Notes: generated by a model from the letters alone, not told the origin. Shown: positions 40,922 through 54,544, counted from the stretch's first letter. The stretch: 64,000 bases of DNA from Octopus vulgaris (GCA_951406725.2 OX597814.1:99448001-99512000), one strand, 5' to 3'. Program-made: numbers and translations.

Positions 40922-41889
40922 TACGAGATGTTATCAAAAAGTTCCCGGACTAGTTCTGTAGCGCGCCAACACATTACAGCGCACTGTGTGTTCAGTGAGA
41001 GCTAGCAGTGATCTTCATAAGGCAGTGCACCAAACGGCACCCTTTGTTTACTTTGGAAGTTGTGTAATTTGTGCTTTTGTGATCATGTTATTGCTATAGT
41101 CAGCGATCTTGTCAACGACAGGAGCAAGGAGCCAACGAAAAATTTTGCATTGAACTTGGGAGGTCTGCTACAAGCACATTGAGCATGGTTCAGCAAGTTT
41201 ATCGTAACGAGGCAACGTGTCGTACGCAACACTTCAAGTAGCACGCGCGCTTCAAAAGCGGAACGTCTCTGGAAGACGATGAGCGATCTGGGAGACCTGC
41301 AATGAGCGTTACTCCCGGAAATGTGACACCCAGAATTCGTCCCCCAAGGCCAGACTGTCAATCGAGAGTTCCACTGCGGTGTTTCCAAACGTTTGAGGGA
41401 AGACATTCTGTGAGAGCAACCGGATCTGTGGAGTGCGAAGAATTCACCGGGCTCATCTCACACGTGAGCTTCTTGCCAAAAGTGGTATGGTATCACATCT
41501 GCCCCCGCTTTAATCTCTAAGACGAAAATGCAGTTCAGAGGTCACCGTTTTAACACCGTTGTCGTTGGCGAATTGCAGAAGGTCCTCAACTCGCTTACGG
41601 AAAACGGCTTCCGGACCAGATTCCAAAAGTGGCAGGAACGCTGAGACCGGTGTATTGCTCCGCAAGCTGACTATTTCGAAGATGATGCTGTTAAAACTAT
41701 AGTAGAAGACACTTGCATAAGGTGCCACGCGGTGGGTCTGAACCAGGAACCATGTGGTTGGGAAGCAAGATTCTTACCCAGTCACGCCTATCTGTATATA
41801 TGTTTATAAGGGTTCACCGTATATCGGTTATAGAAAAGTTATTTTTTATTAAACATAGCTAGTCCGGGAACCTTTGATATCACCTCTTA
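40922..41889 (+). mobile_element. Internally deleted mariner transposon
   Basis: ~30-bp TIRs (cgagatgttatcaaaaagttcccggactag / ctagtccgggaacctttgatatcacctct), TA at both ends; transposase remnants LEDDERSGRP, EFVPQGQTVN, FQKWQER*DRCI..ADYFE. Confidence 0.88.
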
Positions 41890-42389
41890 CATACAGACAC
41901 AAACACCTATAAATTAACGGGCATAGATAGATACAAGACGCATGCATATTTATACTTTCAATTAGTGCTGAAATGAACACACAGTCCTGAAGCCCAGTCA
42001 GACAATCACATATGCATATGCGTACAAACATGGACAAATCTAGACACAACCAACCACCACACACATACTAGCATATGCACTTACATGCATACAAACCTAT
42101 ATACATACATGCATACGAGCATCAATATATAGGTGCGTACATACATGCATATATATATATATATACATACATACACATAAACATGCATACACACGCACAT
42201 ACACACGCACGCATGTACATACACACACGCACACATATATATAGATAGAGAAAGATACCTACACTCAAACACACACACATACACACTCTTATATATATAG
42301 AGAGGGAGCATGAGAGATAAAGAGAGAGAAAGAAAGAAAGAAAGAAAAAAGAAAGAGACATACACACAAACACACGTACACGCACACAT

Positions 42390-42471
<82 letters not shown>

Positions 42472-42779
42472 AGATACCGACACTCAAACACAAATGCACA
42501 CTTGTATAAGTACACACACACACACACACACACTTATATATAGAGAGAGAGTGAGAGAGAGAGAGAGAAAGAAAGAAAGAGACATACACACAAACACACG
42601 TACACGCACACGTGCACACCAACAGGCGCAAAGACAATGACCCAATGAGTGCAATCCATCAGTGGCCTCAAATAAAACAGCAGCCAGAGGAGACGAGAAC
42701 TGTTATAATTAAGTCTATAAGAACAATTATCGACAGATTCTCTCTGGCAGTATGTCGTAAAATGTTTCATTAAAGAACC

Positions 42780-43500
42780 ATCATCTCTGTTTTATTTTTC
42801 TCTCCCTCTCCACCTCTAATCTCTTTGTTCACGACCGATTCTCCTACCCGTCTTGTCACTTCAAACACCTATCTTTACACTTTCTTCGATTGTGTGTATT
42901 TAGTTATTTATGTATCTCTCTCCGTCTCTCTATAGACCTTTCTGCCTCCTCTGTCTCGCACTGTCTTTCTTCTCTTCAATCTCTCCTTCCGTCTCTTCTA
43001 GATTCCCTCACCTTCTATCTCACTCTCTTTCCCACGCACTTTCTACCTTCCTACTTCCTTCTTCACTTCTATGTGCCTTTCTCTCTGTAGATCTTTCTCC
43101 CTCCCCCCTCTCTCTCTCTCTCTCACTGTCTTGTTTCTCTCTTTCTCTCTTTCTCCTTCTCTCTTCACTTCTATATTTCCTTCTCTCTATAACTCTCTGT
43201 AGGTCTTTCTCCCCCCCTCTCTCACTGTTTTTCGCTTTATGTTTAAGTCGCTCTTTTCTCTCTCACCTTCTCTCTGTAGCTCCCTTCCCAGCCTCTCTCT
43301 CTCTCTCTTTCACTGTCTTTCGCTCTATGTGTAGGTCAATCTTTTCTCTCTCTCCTTCTCTCGTTACTTCTGTCTCTCCTCTCTGTAGATCTCTCTCCTT
43401 CTCCCTCTGTCTTGCACTTGACGCGTAAGCTGCTCTTTTCTCTCTCCTTATCTATCCCCTCTAATTTCCTTCCCTCCCCCCTCTCTATAGTTCGCTATCT
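42780..43500. repeat. Polypyrimidine (CT-rich) low-complexity tract with a recurring ctctgtagatct-like motif
   Basis: Directly visible. Confidence 0.8.
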
Positions 43501-43724
43501 AAATATATTGTATGTGAGTATGTTTGTATCCCATTTTTATTATATTTTCATGAACAGTGACCGCATTACCCATGACTCTTAAAAAGGCCTCTTTACAAAG
43601 AAGGAGAAAGCTATCCTCAGTTTTCCATTAAAATATATGAGTATATGTGTGTATGTGTGAGTTAGCATAATCTAAACTTTCTTATTCTTAAAAAAACAGT
43701 TTGGCGCTAATTTTTCGGTAAGCT

Positions 43725-43822
43725 TAAGGCGCCGATCTGGCAAAAACGTTAGCACATCGGGTGAAATGCTAAGCGGTATTTCGTCTGCTTTTACGTTCTG
43801 AGTTCAAATTCCGCCGAGGAAT
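43725..43822 (+). mobile_element. SINE family B 5' half
   Basis: ggcgccgatctggcaaaaacgttagc...tttacgttctgagttcaaattccgccgagg. Confidence 0.8.
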
Positions 43823-44374
43823 TTCAATGACTTGGCTGTCTGATGACGCAAACCAGTCAATGTTGTTGACTGTATTTTAGATAACGCTATAATTTTATAA
43901 GAACTGTTCAGAGTTATCTCTCTTAGGTATTTCTAAGGAGCTAGAAACATCGTTCTCTTGGAATCCTGAAATATGGCGACACTGAACAAATAAGGTGATT
44001 TTACACCTTTTTACTATAAGACAACATTCTCTCTATGGTAACTGCAGTGAATTTGATTTTTAACAGTTGAAATATGTCAGTAATATATTTTAACTAACCT
44101 AAACTTTGCTGTTTTATATTTGAGAGATGATGAATTATGTACATTATTTGCATTATTTACATTTGACGGATGTTTGCCCTCATCTTGTTAACAGCGTTTC
44201 GGATGAAAAGATATACAGAGAGGTCGATGGAAACATGCAAGGATTGATATAAATATTTGTAAAGAAAGGCGATTCTGTGTTGTTACTTAACCTGTTAGAA
44301 ATAGGAACCATGTATTTTTCAACTCATTACTATACCCTGCTACAGTGTAGCGTATAAGATGAAGATTATCCTGG

Positions 44375-46680
44375 ATGGTTCTGCCGAGGACTGCACAGGT
44401 TTGTGCCTCTCCGATCAGGCCATCCGTGACACGCGTCAATCTTTTTGCTAGCACCTTAGCCAAAAATCTCTGCGTTCAGCAGAGTGATGGGCCTAAAATT
44501 ATCTATCCTGTATCCCATTGTCCGAGTCCTTCCAGATCAGCGTTACCACTCTCCGGCGCACAGATCTGGGAAACCACCCATTCTGTTGCCAGTACGTGCC
44601 CGAACAAGTCTGGCATACTTTTATATAGCTCGTACGGTAGACCATCGAGTCCAGGCGCCTTACCACCGCGGCATTCAGCTATGGCTCCACTCACTTGCTG
44701 AGGTGTGATCGACCCTTCACAGCTCTCAGCATCCTGCCCCAAGAGACGCGGCAGCTCGGCGAGGAAGTCCGTAAGGTCTGTCCTCCTGTCCGGTCCATCA
44801 CTGCCCCCGAAAAGCTGGGTGACGTGCTCCTGAAAAGCCTGACACATCTCCTCGGGTTCGTTTATCAACTCACCTTGTAAATTCACCAAAGATCGAATTA
44901 TGAAATCGTTTCCATGTTGAGCCCCCACAACACGTGCCCATCCAGCGGCCTTTATTCCCTCGCTCCCCATTGCACGAAGTCTAGCTCTGACGATACACTC
45001 CATGTACTTGGCTTCGAGGTGCTGGTTGAACTCCAGTCTCTTCACATTCACCTGGGATGCGTCGCCAGTTCTCATGGTTTCCTCTCGGGCCTTAACTAAT
45101 TCAATTTCCTTCCTAAGCCTCCAGCCACTAAACCTGCACTATATCTAATAGACTCAAATTTAATGGCTCTTTTGAGGGCGTACCACCATTTGTTATTGAT
45201 AATGGAACTGGTCAACGTCCTCTGTATTAATAACTTAATCCGGCTTCTGTAATCCTCAATCGCCAAAAGTATTTCCAGTAGCTGTAATCCTGTAATCCTC
45301 AATCGCCAAAAGAATTTCCAGTAGCCGGATCCTACATAACTTATCTAGGTACAGTTTACAAGTGACGATCTTGTGGTTGCTGTAACTGACCAGGTGATAT
45401 TGTGGACACGTAACTATATCTTTATCTAGTTTTCTAATAAAATTCCTGTCTATGTAAGACTTAGTAGATCCCGGGAGCCAAAGTTAGGTTTCCTATGAGT
45501 ATTTGAGCCAACGTTATCCACGCGTGCATCGAGGATAGTGTTAAAGTCTCCTAACACAACTAATGAACGTGATGTGCCTAGAAACTTCTTCAAATCTCCA
45601 GCTTGACGCCAGGCCAAGATCTTTTTTTAAAATCGTTCCAAAGAATTTTATACATTTTAAAGTTTATTTTGTGAATATCAAATCCTTCTATTTTTTGTTC
45701 TACTGTCTATTTTTTCAATGTGTAAAGTTGCTAGACGGTTCGCCAGATCTCTACTTGAGACGCGAACCGCCATATAGCAAATGTCATCATTTTTCTCTTT
45801 CTGGCTTTCTAACCTTTTTAGATTGCCGTGGTTCCATAATTTCCTTTTCTTTTTCTGGGGACTCTGGCTTCATTTTCTTCTTGGTCTGTACAAGACAACA
45901 CCTCTTCCCTTCTTTTTCTTCTGGCATTAGTGTTACTTACGGCACCAACGCTGATGCTTCTTTATGTGCTGGTTCCTTCTCCATTTCTTTCTTCTTGTTT
46001 TCGGCCTCTTTGGGCTTGCAATCTATCCCGAGGTGGCCCTTCTTGCCACACTGGGAGCATCAAGACTGGCGACCCTACACCATCACTACCAGACGGGTCT
46101 CACCAACCTCGATAATTTCGGTAATCTCTTCCAGGTTTGTTCGGCTTGTATAATTATCCGGACGTTTGTCCATGCCAGTTGTGTGGCTTCGTGTAATTTT
46201 TTCCTCCAGGCCCATCGTCACTGCCGCGACGAGCCACTCTGGGTCCACCTCAGGGGTAATATTATTGATTGTGATCCTAGAAGTCCTTCTACCCATGTAC
46301 CGAATGGAGCTGGGCTTCTTCTTCCGACTCCATCCTGACTTCGACAGTTGCAGAACGTCTTCCTCTTGCTACATATTTTATCATATCGGCTTGAGGCATT
46401 TTTCTATTTTAGCCTCCACAACGTAGTCAATTTTTATTTCCTTGACTTCGTATGCTTTGAAAATGAAGGTTTTCTTTCCTAACTCTTGTTGAATGCTCTT
46501 TGGAGGTGCCACTTTGATTTCATGCCCCTCCCTTGTTAAGAATTTTTTTTACGTTCTTCTTTGTTGCTAAGATTAAGTTTTTTTTTTTACTTTCGGTCCC
46601 GCCGCAGCGACGTCAAGCTAATTTGCGTCCTTTTTTGAAGCTGAATAGCGAAATTGCTCGAATATCGCGCTTTGACAGCT
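44375..46680 (-). mobile_element. Tx1/L1-clade LINE remnant: ORF1 (zinc knuckle) plus ORF2 endonuclease and start of RT
   Basis: CSQCGKKGHLGIDC (Cx2Cx4Hx4C) near 46020-46060; VVLGDFN, SYIDR, YSNHK endonuclease motifs; GKAPGLDGLPYELYK RT motif. Confidence 0.88.
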
Positions 46681-47194
46681 CCATTTCAAATGATTATAAC
46701 AACGGTAAAAAAAGAAAAGAATATCAGTGTTAATTAATTAATGCATTTGGGCAAGTCTATGTTTGTATTATCAGACAAATGCCAAAAAATGTTTTAAGAA
46801 ATTCAAAACGCTGCAATAATCCGGTACAAATTTTTCATAATTCAAAACGTTGCTTAAGTTTTACTCAATATATATATACCGTCCCAAACTGTTTTTATTT
46901 TGTGTCCTCTATTTTTTTTTCCTTTTAGCATGTTTTACTTTGCTTTTTTATTTCATTCATTTACGATTATTTTTGTTTGATTCTCTCTGCAACCCCATAA
47001 AAGTAGCTGCCCCATAAAACCAAAGTCAAGACCAACGTAAAGAATTGGTTAAAAAGGAAATAAATGCAAACCACAAAATAGAAAAACAAACAAAAACAAC
47101 AAAAAAAATAAAAGGAAAATAAACAGAAAAACAGAAAAGAGGAAGAGGTAAAATAAGAGAGAAGAGATAACACAGATGGTAGAAGTCAACTCAC

Positions 47195-47237
47195 GACGGT
47201 AGGCGCATGCGCTTATTAAGCATGATTTAGATGACAT
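47195..47237 (-). other. Candidate first coding exon (MSSKSCLISACAYR, phase 1) overlapping an NRF1-type palindrome GCGCATGCGC
   Basis: ATG at 47237, donor GTGAGT at 47194-47189; motif at 47203-47212. Confidence 0.2.
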
Positions 47238-47496
47238 TGCAGGCGAGCAATTGAATTAAAAGAACACACACTGAAAGATGTCATTTTGAAGTGAAAATAT
47301 AGGCTGGCTGTGTTAAAGTTGAGCGGAAGAACAGACAAAAGAATACAGAAACACATTTTCCTTCAATCTTATTGCTTTGTGGAACGTTGAAGAAGATACG
47401 AGGAAATATTCACTATTAAAAGATGGCTCGTAAATTTCAAACACTCGCTCAAGTATTATGCTTCCAAAGTAATATCTAACCCCTTTTTCTTATGTT

Positions 47497-47542
<46 letters not shown>

Positions 47543-48619
47543 GCCTCTCTCTGTCTCTACCCGCCCTCTCTCTCTCTCTCTCTACCCTCTGTCTCTCTCT
47601 TTCTATCATCTCTCTCTCTACCCCCTCTCTCTCTCCCTCTTCCATTCTCTCTCCTTCTCTCTATATATTTCTTTCTTTTGTTTGATCCTCTCGTTACTTC
47701 TTTTTATCTGTTTGTTTCCCTTTGACGCCACACACACATACACACGCACACATACACACACATAAACACACACACACATACACACACATAAACACACACA
47801 CACACACAGACACAAACACACACTCAATCACGCATACAAACACACACACGCATATATATAAATATATATACATACATACACTCACACATACATACGTATG
47901 TGCATACATACATGCATGTGTGTGCATGTTTGTGTGTGTTTGTGTGTGTATGTGTGTGTGTGTGTGTGTGTATGTGTGTGCGTGTGTTAAACTCCACACG
48001 TTAATCAGATTTAACAAATATTATGACTGATAAACGTAAATGGGAGGAGAAGGAACGAAACAAACAGAATAAAATTTTGCAAAGCCATCTGAAACTATAG
48101 AACAGTCCCTTATTGGCAACAGCATCAGAAGGGACAACAATTACGATGATAAATACTACAAAAGCAAAAGCAAAGAAAAAAAAGAAAAAAACAGAAGGAA
48201 GAACAAAAACAAAAAAAGACGATGAAAAAAATATGGAAGCCTTAAGTTTGTGGAAATTTATATCGGCAATAATGTGAGAAATAAGTATTCTAGTCAGAAT
48301 TGATATTCTGCGTTGAGAGTAGAGTGAGACATAGCCAATCCGTGTAACCCTTTGTCACATTGTATTACGATGTGCGAAGATGATATAATAAAGAAATAAA
48401 GAAAACAAACGAGATACGATGGATGCGTAAACAGTTGTTCAGGGACATTCAATTCAATTTGATGTATTAATACCTTAACATCGAGCCAAATAACGCTCAA
48501 GGACAGAGATTTGCACCTTTCTAAACATACGTATCCACAGTGCGTGTGTGTGAGTATATAAAGGTATGTGTGTTATAAGTTATCTATATATATATGTGTA
48601 TATATATACATATATACAT

Positions 48620-48693
<74 letters not shown>

Positions 48694-49593
48694 GTATGAT
48701 GAATTTATGGAATAAAGTTCCAAAAATCCCATCAGTTTATTAAGAATTGAAAAAACAAGTTGTTAAAATTTATAAGTTTAATTCTTGCAGACCATAGAGA
48801 TATAATAATATAAATTCATGATTGAGTTAACTTAAATATATATTAACTAACTCTTCAGTGCTGGAAGAAAAGAAGTCATAATACAATGAACTTCAACTGG
48901 AATAGACCAGAAAAAATTGGATCTAAGAGAGTTACATTTGTATCCGTGTGAGAAAGAGATAGGGGTTCGTGTCGGATATTGAACCATAACTAACGGCTTC
49001 AATGGTTATTTGAAGATATAAGTAAAGATGTATAGGAGACGTTCCCTCTATAGAAGAGTATGGAAATTAGAATTATAGCTCCATATAAGTAGCATGGGGC
49101 AAGTAAGTAGTAGAAATGTCCAATGGGAAGACAATACCAAATTTAAATTAAAATTAAAAATTAAAAATAACGGCTGAAATCAGTACGTAGTGTAATATAT
49201 TTTTTAAAAAAATCTATACAGAAGAATGAAGTTTAACGTGAAGTGGTATATGACAAGCTAATACTAGTTAGTTAACGTAAACAAGTGGCAAAACGTACAG
49301 GAATGAGAATGAGTTAAAGTGGGAAATTGATGTATATATAAAGGACTCATGTTCACATTAAAAAATCATGATAGGTAACACGTATATAACACGCAATAAA
49401 GGAGAAAATAAGTAAAAACAGAGAAACATTTATTAATATTACAATTAAAGTAGTATGTACTTGCGGTGTTTACAAAGACAAAAATATGAATTTAAAAAAT
49501 AATAATATGAAGTTAGAAATACTATAGTAAATGTACATTTACTTTGGTCTATCTAACTTCATATTATTATTTTAAAATTCTGTACACTAATCA

Positions 49594-49965
49594 TCTCTCT
49601 CTATATAAACGGCAGTTTGTCTGTCTGCGTGTCTGTGTGTCTGTTAGGTTGTACCCTCACCCTGACCACGGCTTTCAACCGATTCTGATGAAACTTGACA
49701 CACACATAGCCCAATGTCATAATTCAAAACTAACGCAGCGAAAATTTTGAAAAGTTCTCCCAGTTCTGAAAAAAATCGATAAATTCGACATGGGGTCCAG
49801 AATTAGAAACACAAACCACAGACTGTCTAGGGGACGCAACTCGACCTTTTTAACTCTAAAAAAAATTTACCTTCATTTTTTTTCCATTTTTTGGCTATAA
49901 CTCTCTAAAAATGCTTTATAGTTATTTCCCTTACAAACCCGAGCAACGCCGGGCGATACTGCTAG
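49594..49965 (+). mobile_element. Non-autonomous Helitron
   Basis: A|TC start, hairpin cccgagcaacgccggg, CTAG|T end; 3' terminus essentially identical to 37405-37459. Confidence 0.88.
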
Positions 49966-50880
49966 TTACTGTATAAATGTGAATTTATTATGTGGAGTTT
50001 TCGAAATAGTTGTCCGCAATTATCTTCTTTCTCTTTGATTTTCGAAGAGATATTGACATCAGCAGGGCAGATGTTACTCTTGCATCTCATGATTCTTTTG
50101 CTACTATCTTCTTTTCCCTTTTTCGAGCAGAAAGCCCTGAAGTGGCCTATCTACTAAGAGTTAGAGAATCAGACCTTCTCCCATTTGCTATTAGTCTTAG
50201 TGACATTTTCTCAATTCCTTCGCGAGAGAAAGCAGTGTGGATATTCAGACAGACTTCATCTGACTACAGCTGTTAACAGCTGTGCTCACAGTATGTTCGT
50301 ATAATTGTCACAAAAATAAGGACAAACCCTTGGTTATGCCTCAATTTTATCACTGATTACATAGCTACAGTACTCCTTGTATTTCTGAGAACCATTTTCT
50401 ACGTTTTATAGGATGTCCAACTCTAGATCTCAAAAACCAAGTACACGCTTCTATATGACTTGTTCCGCCCTATGAAATACATATCCTGCTGCATACTGCC
50501 AAAGATTTTCAAATTCAAATTCAAGGAAAAAAACAAAACACATTATGTCTGCTTTCTCTCTTTCTGTGGTAAATTAACGGGGCAACGACGCACTGTCTTT
50601 TGTAAAACAATGTTACATTACAATTTCTCCAATCGCTCTCTTATTCTCAAGGTGGTTTATATCCATTGCTCCCCGCCCTTTGATCCACAACGTTTGCAAA
50701 TGGTGCTGTGTTCTCAATGTTATTGGTGCTGCCGTTTTATGTCGATAGTAGATTTTATTACCATTGAAATTGTTTCCATTGGTGTTCTTCCTTTGGATCT
50801 TATCCATCGTACAAGCAGCTTGTGCCGCTCTCACTCTTCCTTTCCCCCTCACTCTCTCTTCGTTCCTCCCCTTTCCTCTT

Positions 50881-50930
<50 letters not shown>

Positions 50931-51264
50931 GCATGCTTCCAAGTAATTTCTCATTTGAGAATTATTTGCAGGCGTGTATATTTACGTTACTGCTAAGAGT
51001 AATGTTAGTTCTAAGGAAAAAAAAATCTTGCCTTGTAACGCATGTAATTATTGCAAAGGTCTACATGTGAGATATGTGTAAAAAGTTTAGAATGCCTACA
51101 GATAAACATTTCGTCAATGCTAGGCAATGAATTAAACTGAAGCTGTTTCACCATTAAAAAGACTCCACCTTCTAATTTTTTTTTCATTTTTTCATTAGAA
51201 TATTCGGAAAGAAAATATTTTCCATGTAGATCTCTCAGAAACGTGACCTATGGCAAAAAAAGTA

Positions 51265-51515
51265 GCACCAACACCATCACCACCACCGCCACAAATACCA
51301 CTACCACCACCACCACCACCACCGACGCCGCCACAAATTCCACCACCACCACCACCACCACAAACAACAGCAACACCATTGCAAAAAACAACACACCAAC
51401 ACCACCACCACCAACAACAACAACAATAATAATAATAATGATAATAATGATAATAACAATAATAACAATAATAATAATAATGATAATAATGATAATAATA
51501 GTAATAATGATGATG

Positions 51516-51558
<43 letters not shown>

Positions 51559-51562
51559 TAAT

Positions 51563-51651
<89 letters not shown>

Positions 51652-52085
51652 GTGATAAAGAATGGAAGAAATTGAAAATAGAAGTGACAGGATCAAGTAT
51701 CTTTTCTGAGGTAGTTAAATGGTATAATACTTACTGATAAGAGGAATTAAGCGAATAAATAAAGGGTGATAATAAAGAACCTAAAACAAAAAATTGAGAA
51801 AAATAACTGATGTAAAAAAAAAAACACATGTAATGAAAAGACTGAAAATAACAAACGTGATGTAAAAAGGCTTTCCACCATCAACCAGCTCCCCACCCGA
51901 CCGTCTCCTCCCCCATCGCCTCCTCTTCGTCTTAGTCATCAAAATCATCATCATCATCGTCATCATCATCACTACCACCACCACCACAAGCATCACCATC
52001 ATCATCAAGATCATCACCATCATCATCGTCGTCATTATCAGCAGCACCACCGGTAGCAGTAGTAGTAGTAGTAGCAGCAGCAACA
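51265..52085. repeat. Compound trinucleotide repeats (ACC, AAC, AAT, CAT, AGT)
   Basis: Directly visible. Confidence 0.9.
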
Positions 52086-52288
52086 TTAGCATTTACCAAA
52101 AGAATGATCGTAATAGCCATAAAGTTTACAGTGGTAATAATGTGTACGTGTATGCAACTAAACATTTTCATATATATTCATGCATACATACATATAAAAA
52201 TGTACGCACACATATATAGAGACGTGTCTATACTTGCATATAGTAAATATATACATATATACATACATTTTTGATTGTTCTCTTTTGT

Positions 52289-52357
<69 letters not shown>

Positions 52358-52537
52358 CATTTCTATAAACATAGACATACAAACACACGTAATTATAAGT
52401 ATATACATGTATTTACATGCATATATATATATATTCTATATAAAATTGCATAGAGGTATATATATGCACACATGCGTATGTATCATATACCTACATACAT
52501 ATACATACATACACACAGACACTCATCTATGTTTACT

Positions 52538-52610
<73 letters not shown>

Positions 52611-52682
52611 TATTTGTATATATATATATATGGATATACATGCATATATATATGCACATATATGAATATGTGTTATATATTC

Positions 52683-52731
<49 letters not shown>

Positions 52732-52916
52732 TACATACATACATGCATACATACATACATACATGCATATAAACGTACACACACACACACACACATAAAT
52801 GAGTACACAAAAGTAATAGAAAAAAACACACAGTAACGTGCACATAATCGAAGAATTTGATAGAAAAAACGAAGCCTGGGAAAGAGAGAGGGAGTCAGGG
52901 AGGGAGTGTACAGAGA

Positions 52917-52975
<59 letters not shown>

Positions 52976-53393
52976 TGAGTGAGTGAGGGCCAGAGACAGG
53001 GTAACTCAAATAATACCGATGTGACGAAGATATATGTGACTTCATGGCACTTCTGGGATCTTTTCTGACTTGCTGTGAAATAAAGAATTTCGTTTGTCAC
53101 TTTAATAACATTTCAGAGACGAAACCGCTTTATTGGTGAAATATCCGCGTAGTTTACAAAGAAATGGATACAGTTATTATGCCGTAAACCCTACACATCA
53201 TATAGTGGAGCAGTTTTACGTGTGTACGTATATATACACATTACGTGAACGTGTGTATGCTTTTATGTATATATGCTCACACGAATATACTTTCGGGATA
53301 AGTACTTATTTTGAAACATAAATAAGAATATTTATTTACGCACACTCACACGCACACACACACATATACACATGTGTGCGTGTGTGTGTGTGC

Positions 53394-53442
<49 letters not shown>

Positions 53443-53959
53443 AAGGAAGAGAGGTAGGGAGAGAGCGCGGCAGTGGATGACAGGTACGTAAAATATGTTA
53501 TAAATATGAATGTCTGCACCTTTCTCTATCTCTCTAGCTTTCTCATTGTCTCTTTGTCGCCATCTCCTACATAGTAGATGTGGGTTCGATTCTCATGCGT
53601 ACTAACTAACATCCACTGTTCAGTATATACATTATATACATATACATGTATTCATATGTGTGAGTGTTTGTGTGTGTGTTGTGTGTACATATACATATAT
53701 ATATGTATGTGTGTGTGTAAATGTAAGATCCAAGGATCGAAGTGTAGGAAGTTAGTAAGCTTCAAGCTGTCCATAGAAACTATAAAAAAACAGCTTTCAG
53801 GAACAGTAATGGTTTATTGATGTTGAAGATTGCAAATTTCTTCCATAACGAAGTTCTATAAGCTAAATAAAGTCATCTTATAGTTCACGGTTAGCAATTG
53901 GGGTTGCAATGAATGCGAATAAAATTCCAAAATGTGGAGAATGGATCAAGTAAAAATCC

Positions 53960-54085
53960 TGGCTACACATGTCCCCTAGGGTTCAGTCTAACTGCGTGAC
54001 GTCTTGTGCAAGTGTCTTTTGACCGACCAAAGAATTGTGAGTAGATTTAGCAGAGAGAAACTGAAATAACCTTCTTGTTCATGTA
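53960..54085 (+). mobile_element. SINE family A 5' half, diverged
   Basis: gggttcagtctaactgcgtg...caagtgtctt...gaccaaagaattgtgagtagattt. Confidence 0.6.
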
Positions 54086-54191
54086 TATATATATATATAA
54101 TATTAATTCGAGACAAAACCACTATTTTGCAAAACAAACAAGGAAAGACTTAATCAATACATAATAATTTTTAATATAAAGAAATAAACCG

Positions 54192-54234
54192 CCACTACAA
54201 TCGTTTCATGTCTTCAATGACATTCGTCAGGTGG
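54192..54234 (-). ncRNA. Minimal type I hammerhead ribozyme (mirror copy)
   Basis: Exact reverse complement of 54295-54337. Confidence 0.85.
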
Positions 54235-54294
54235 ATTTTCGATCTCCTAATCTGTTTTAATTCATAAATTAAAACAGATTAGGAGATCGAAAAT

Positions 54295-54337
54295 CCACCT
54301 GACGAATGTCATTGAAGACATGAAACGATTGTAGTGG
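54295..54337 (+). ncRNA. Minimal type I hammerhead ribozyme with intact core
   Basis: ccac-CUGACGA-auguc[auugaa]gacau-GAAAC-gauu-GUA-gugg; predicted cleavage after 54333. Confidence 0.85.
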
Positions 54338-54544
54338 CGGTTTATTTCTTTATATTAAAAATTATTATGCATTGATTAAGTCTTTCCTTGTTTGTTTTGC
54401 AAAATAGTGGTTTTGTCTCGAATTAATATTATATAATATTTTACTATAAAATTGGATTTAATCCTAAATCTGATTTTTTCCCTGTAAATTTGGATTTATT
54501 CCTAATATTTATTATTATTATATATATATATATATATATATATA

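Larger units (their letters stand above)
54094..54435. repeat. 342-bp near-perfect palindrome (169-bp arms, 4-nt loop), interpreted as an inverted Penelope-type pseudo-LTR pair
   Basis: Arms 54094-54262 and 54267-54435; the one mismatch seen is 54159/54370. Confidence 0.95.

Noticed and set aside
43833-43960. CTGATGA...GAAAC-atc-GTT as another hammerhead
   Set aside because: Stem I does not pair and stem II is not evident.
48700-50350. Decayed Penelope-like 5' region on the minus strand
   Set aside because: Suggestive composition and a CUGAAGA-stem remnant, but no diagnostic protein motif was recovered.
50764-50946. Signal-peptide-like MKLFPLVFFLWILSIVQAACA
   Set aside because: Starts at TTG, runs into a (CT)n tract, and has no splice donor.
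51243-51737. Mucin-like Thr/Ile/Asn ORF
   Set aside because: Compound trinucleotide repeat with a non-ATG start.
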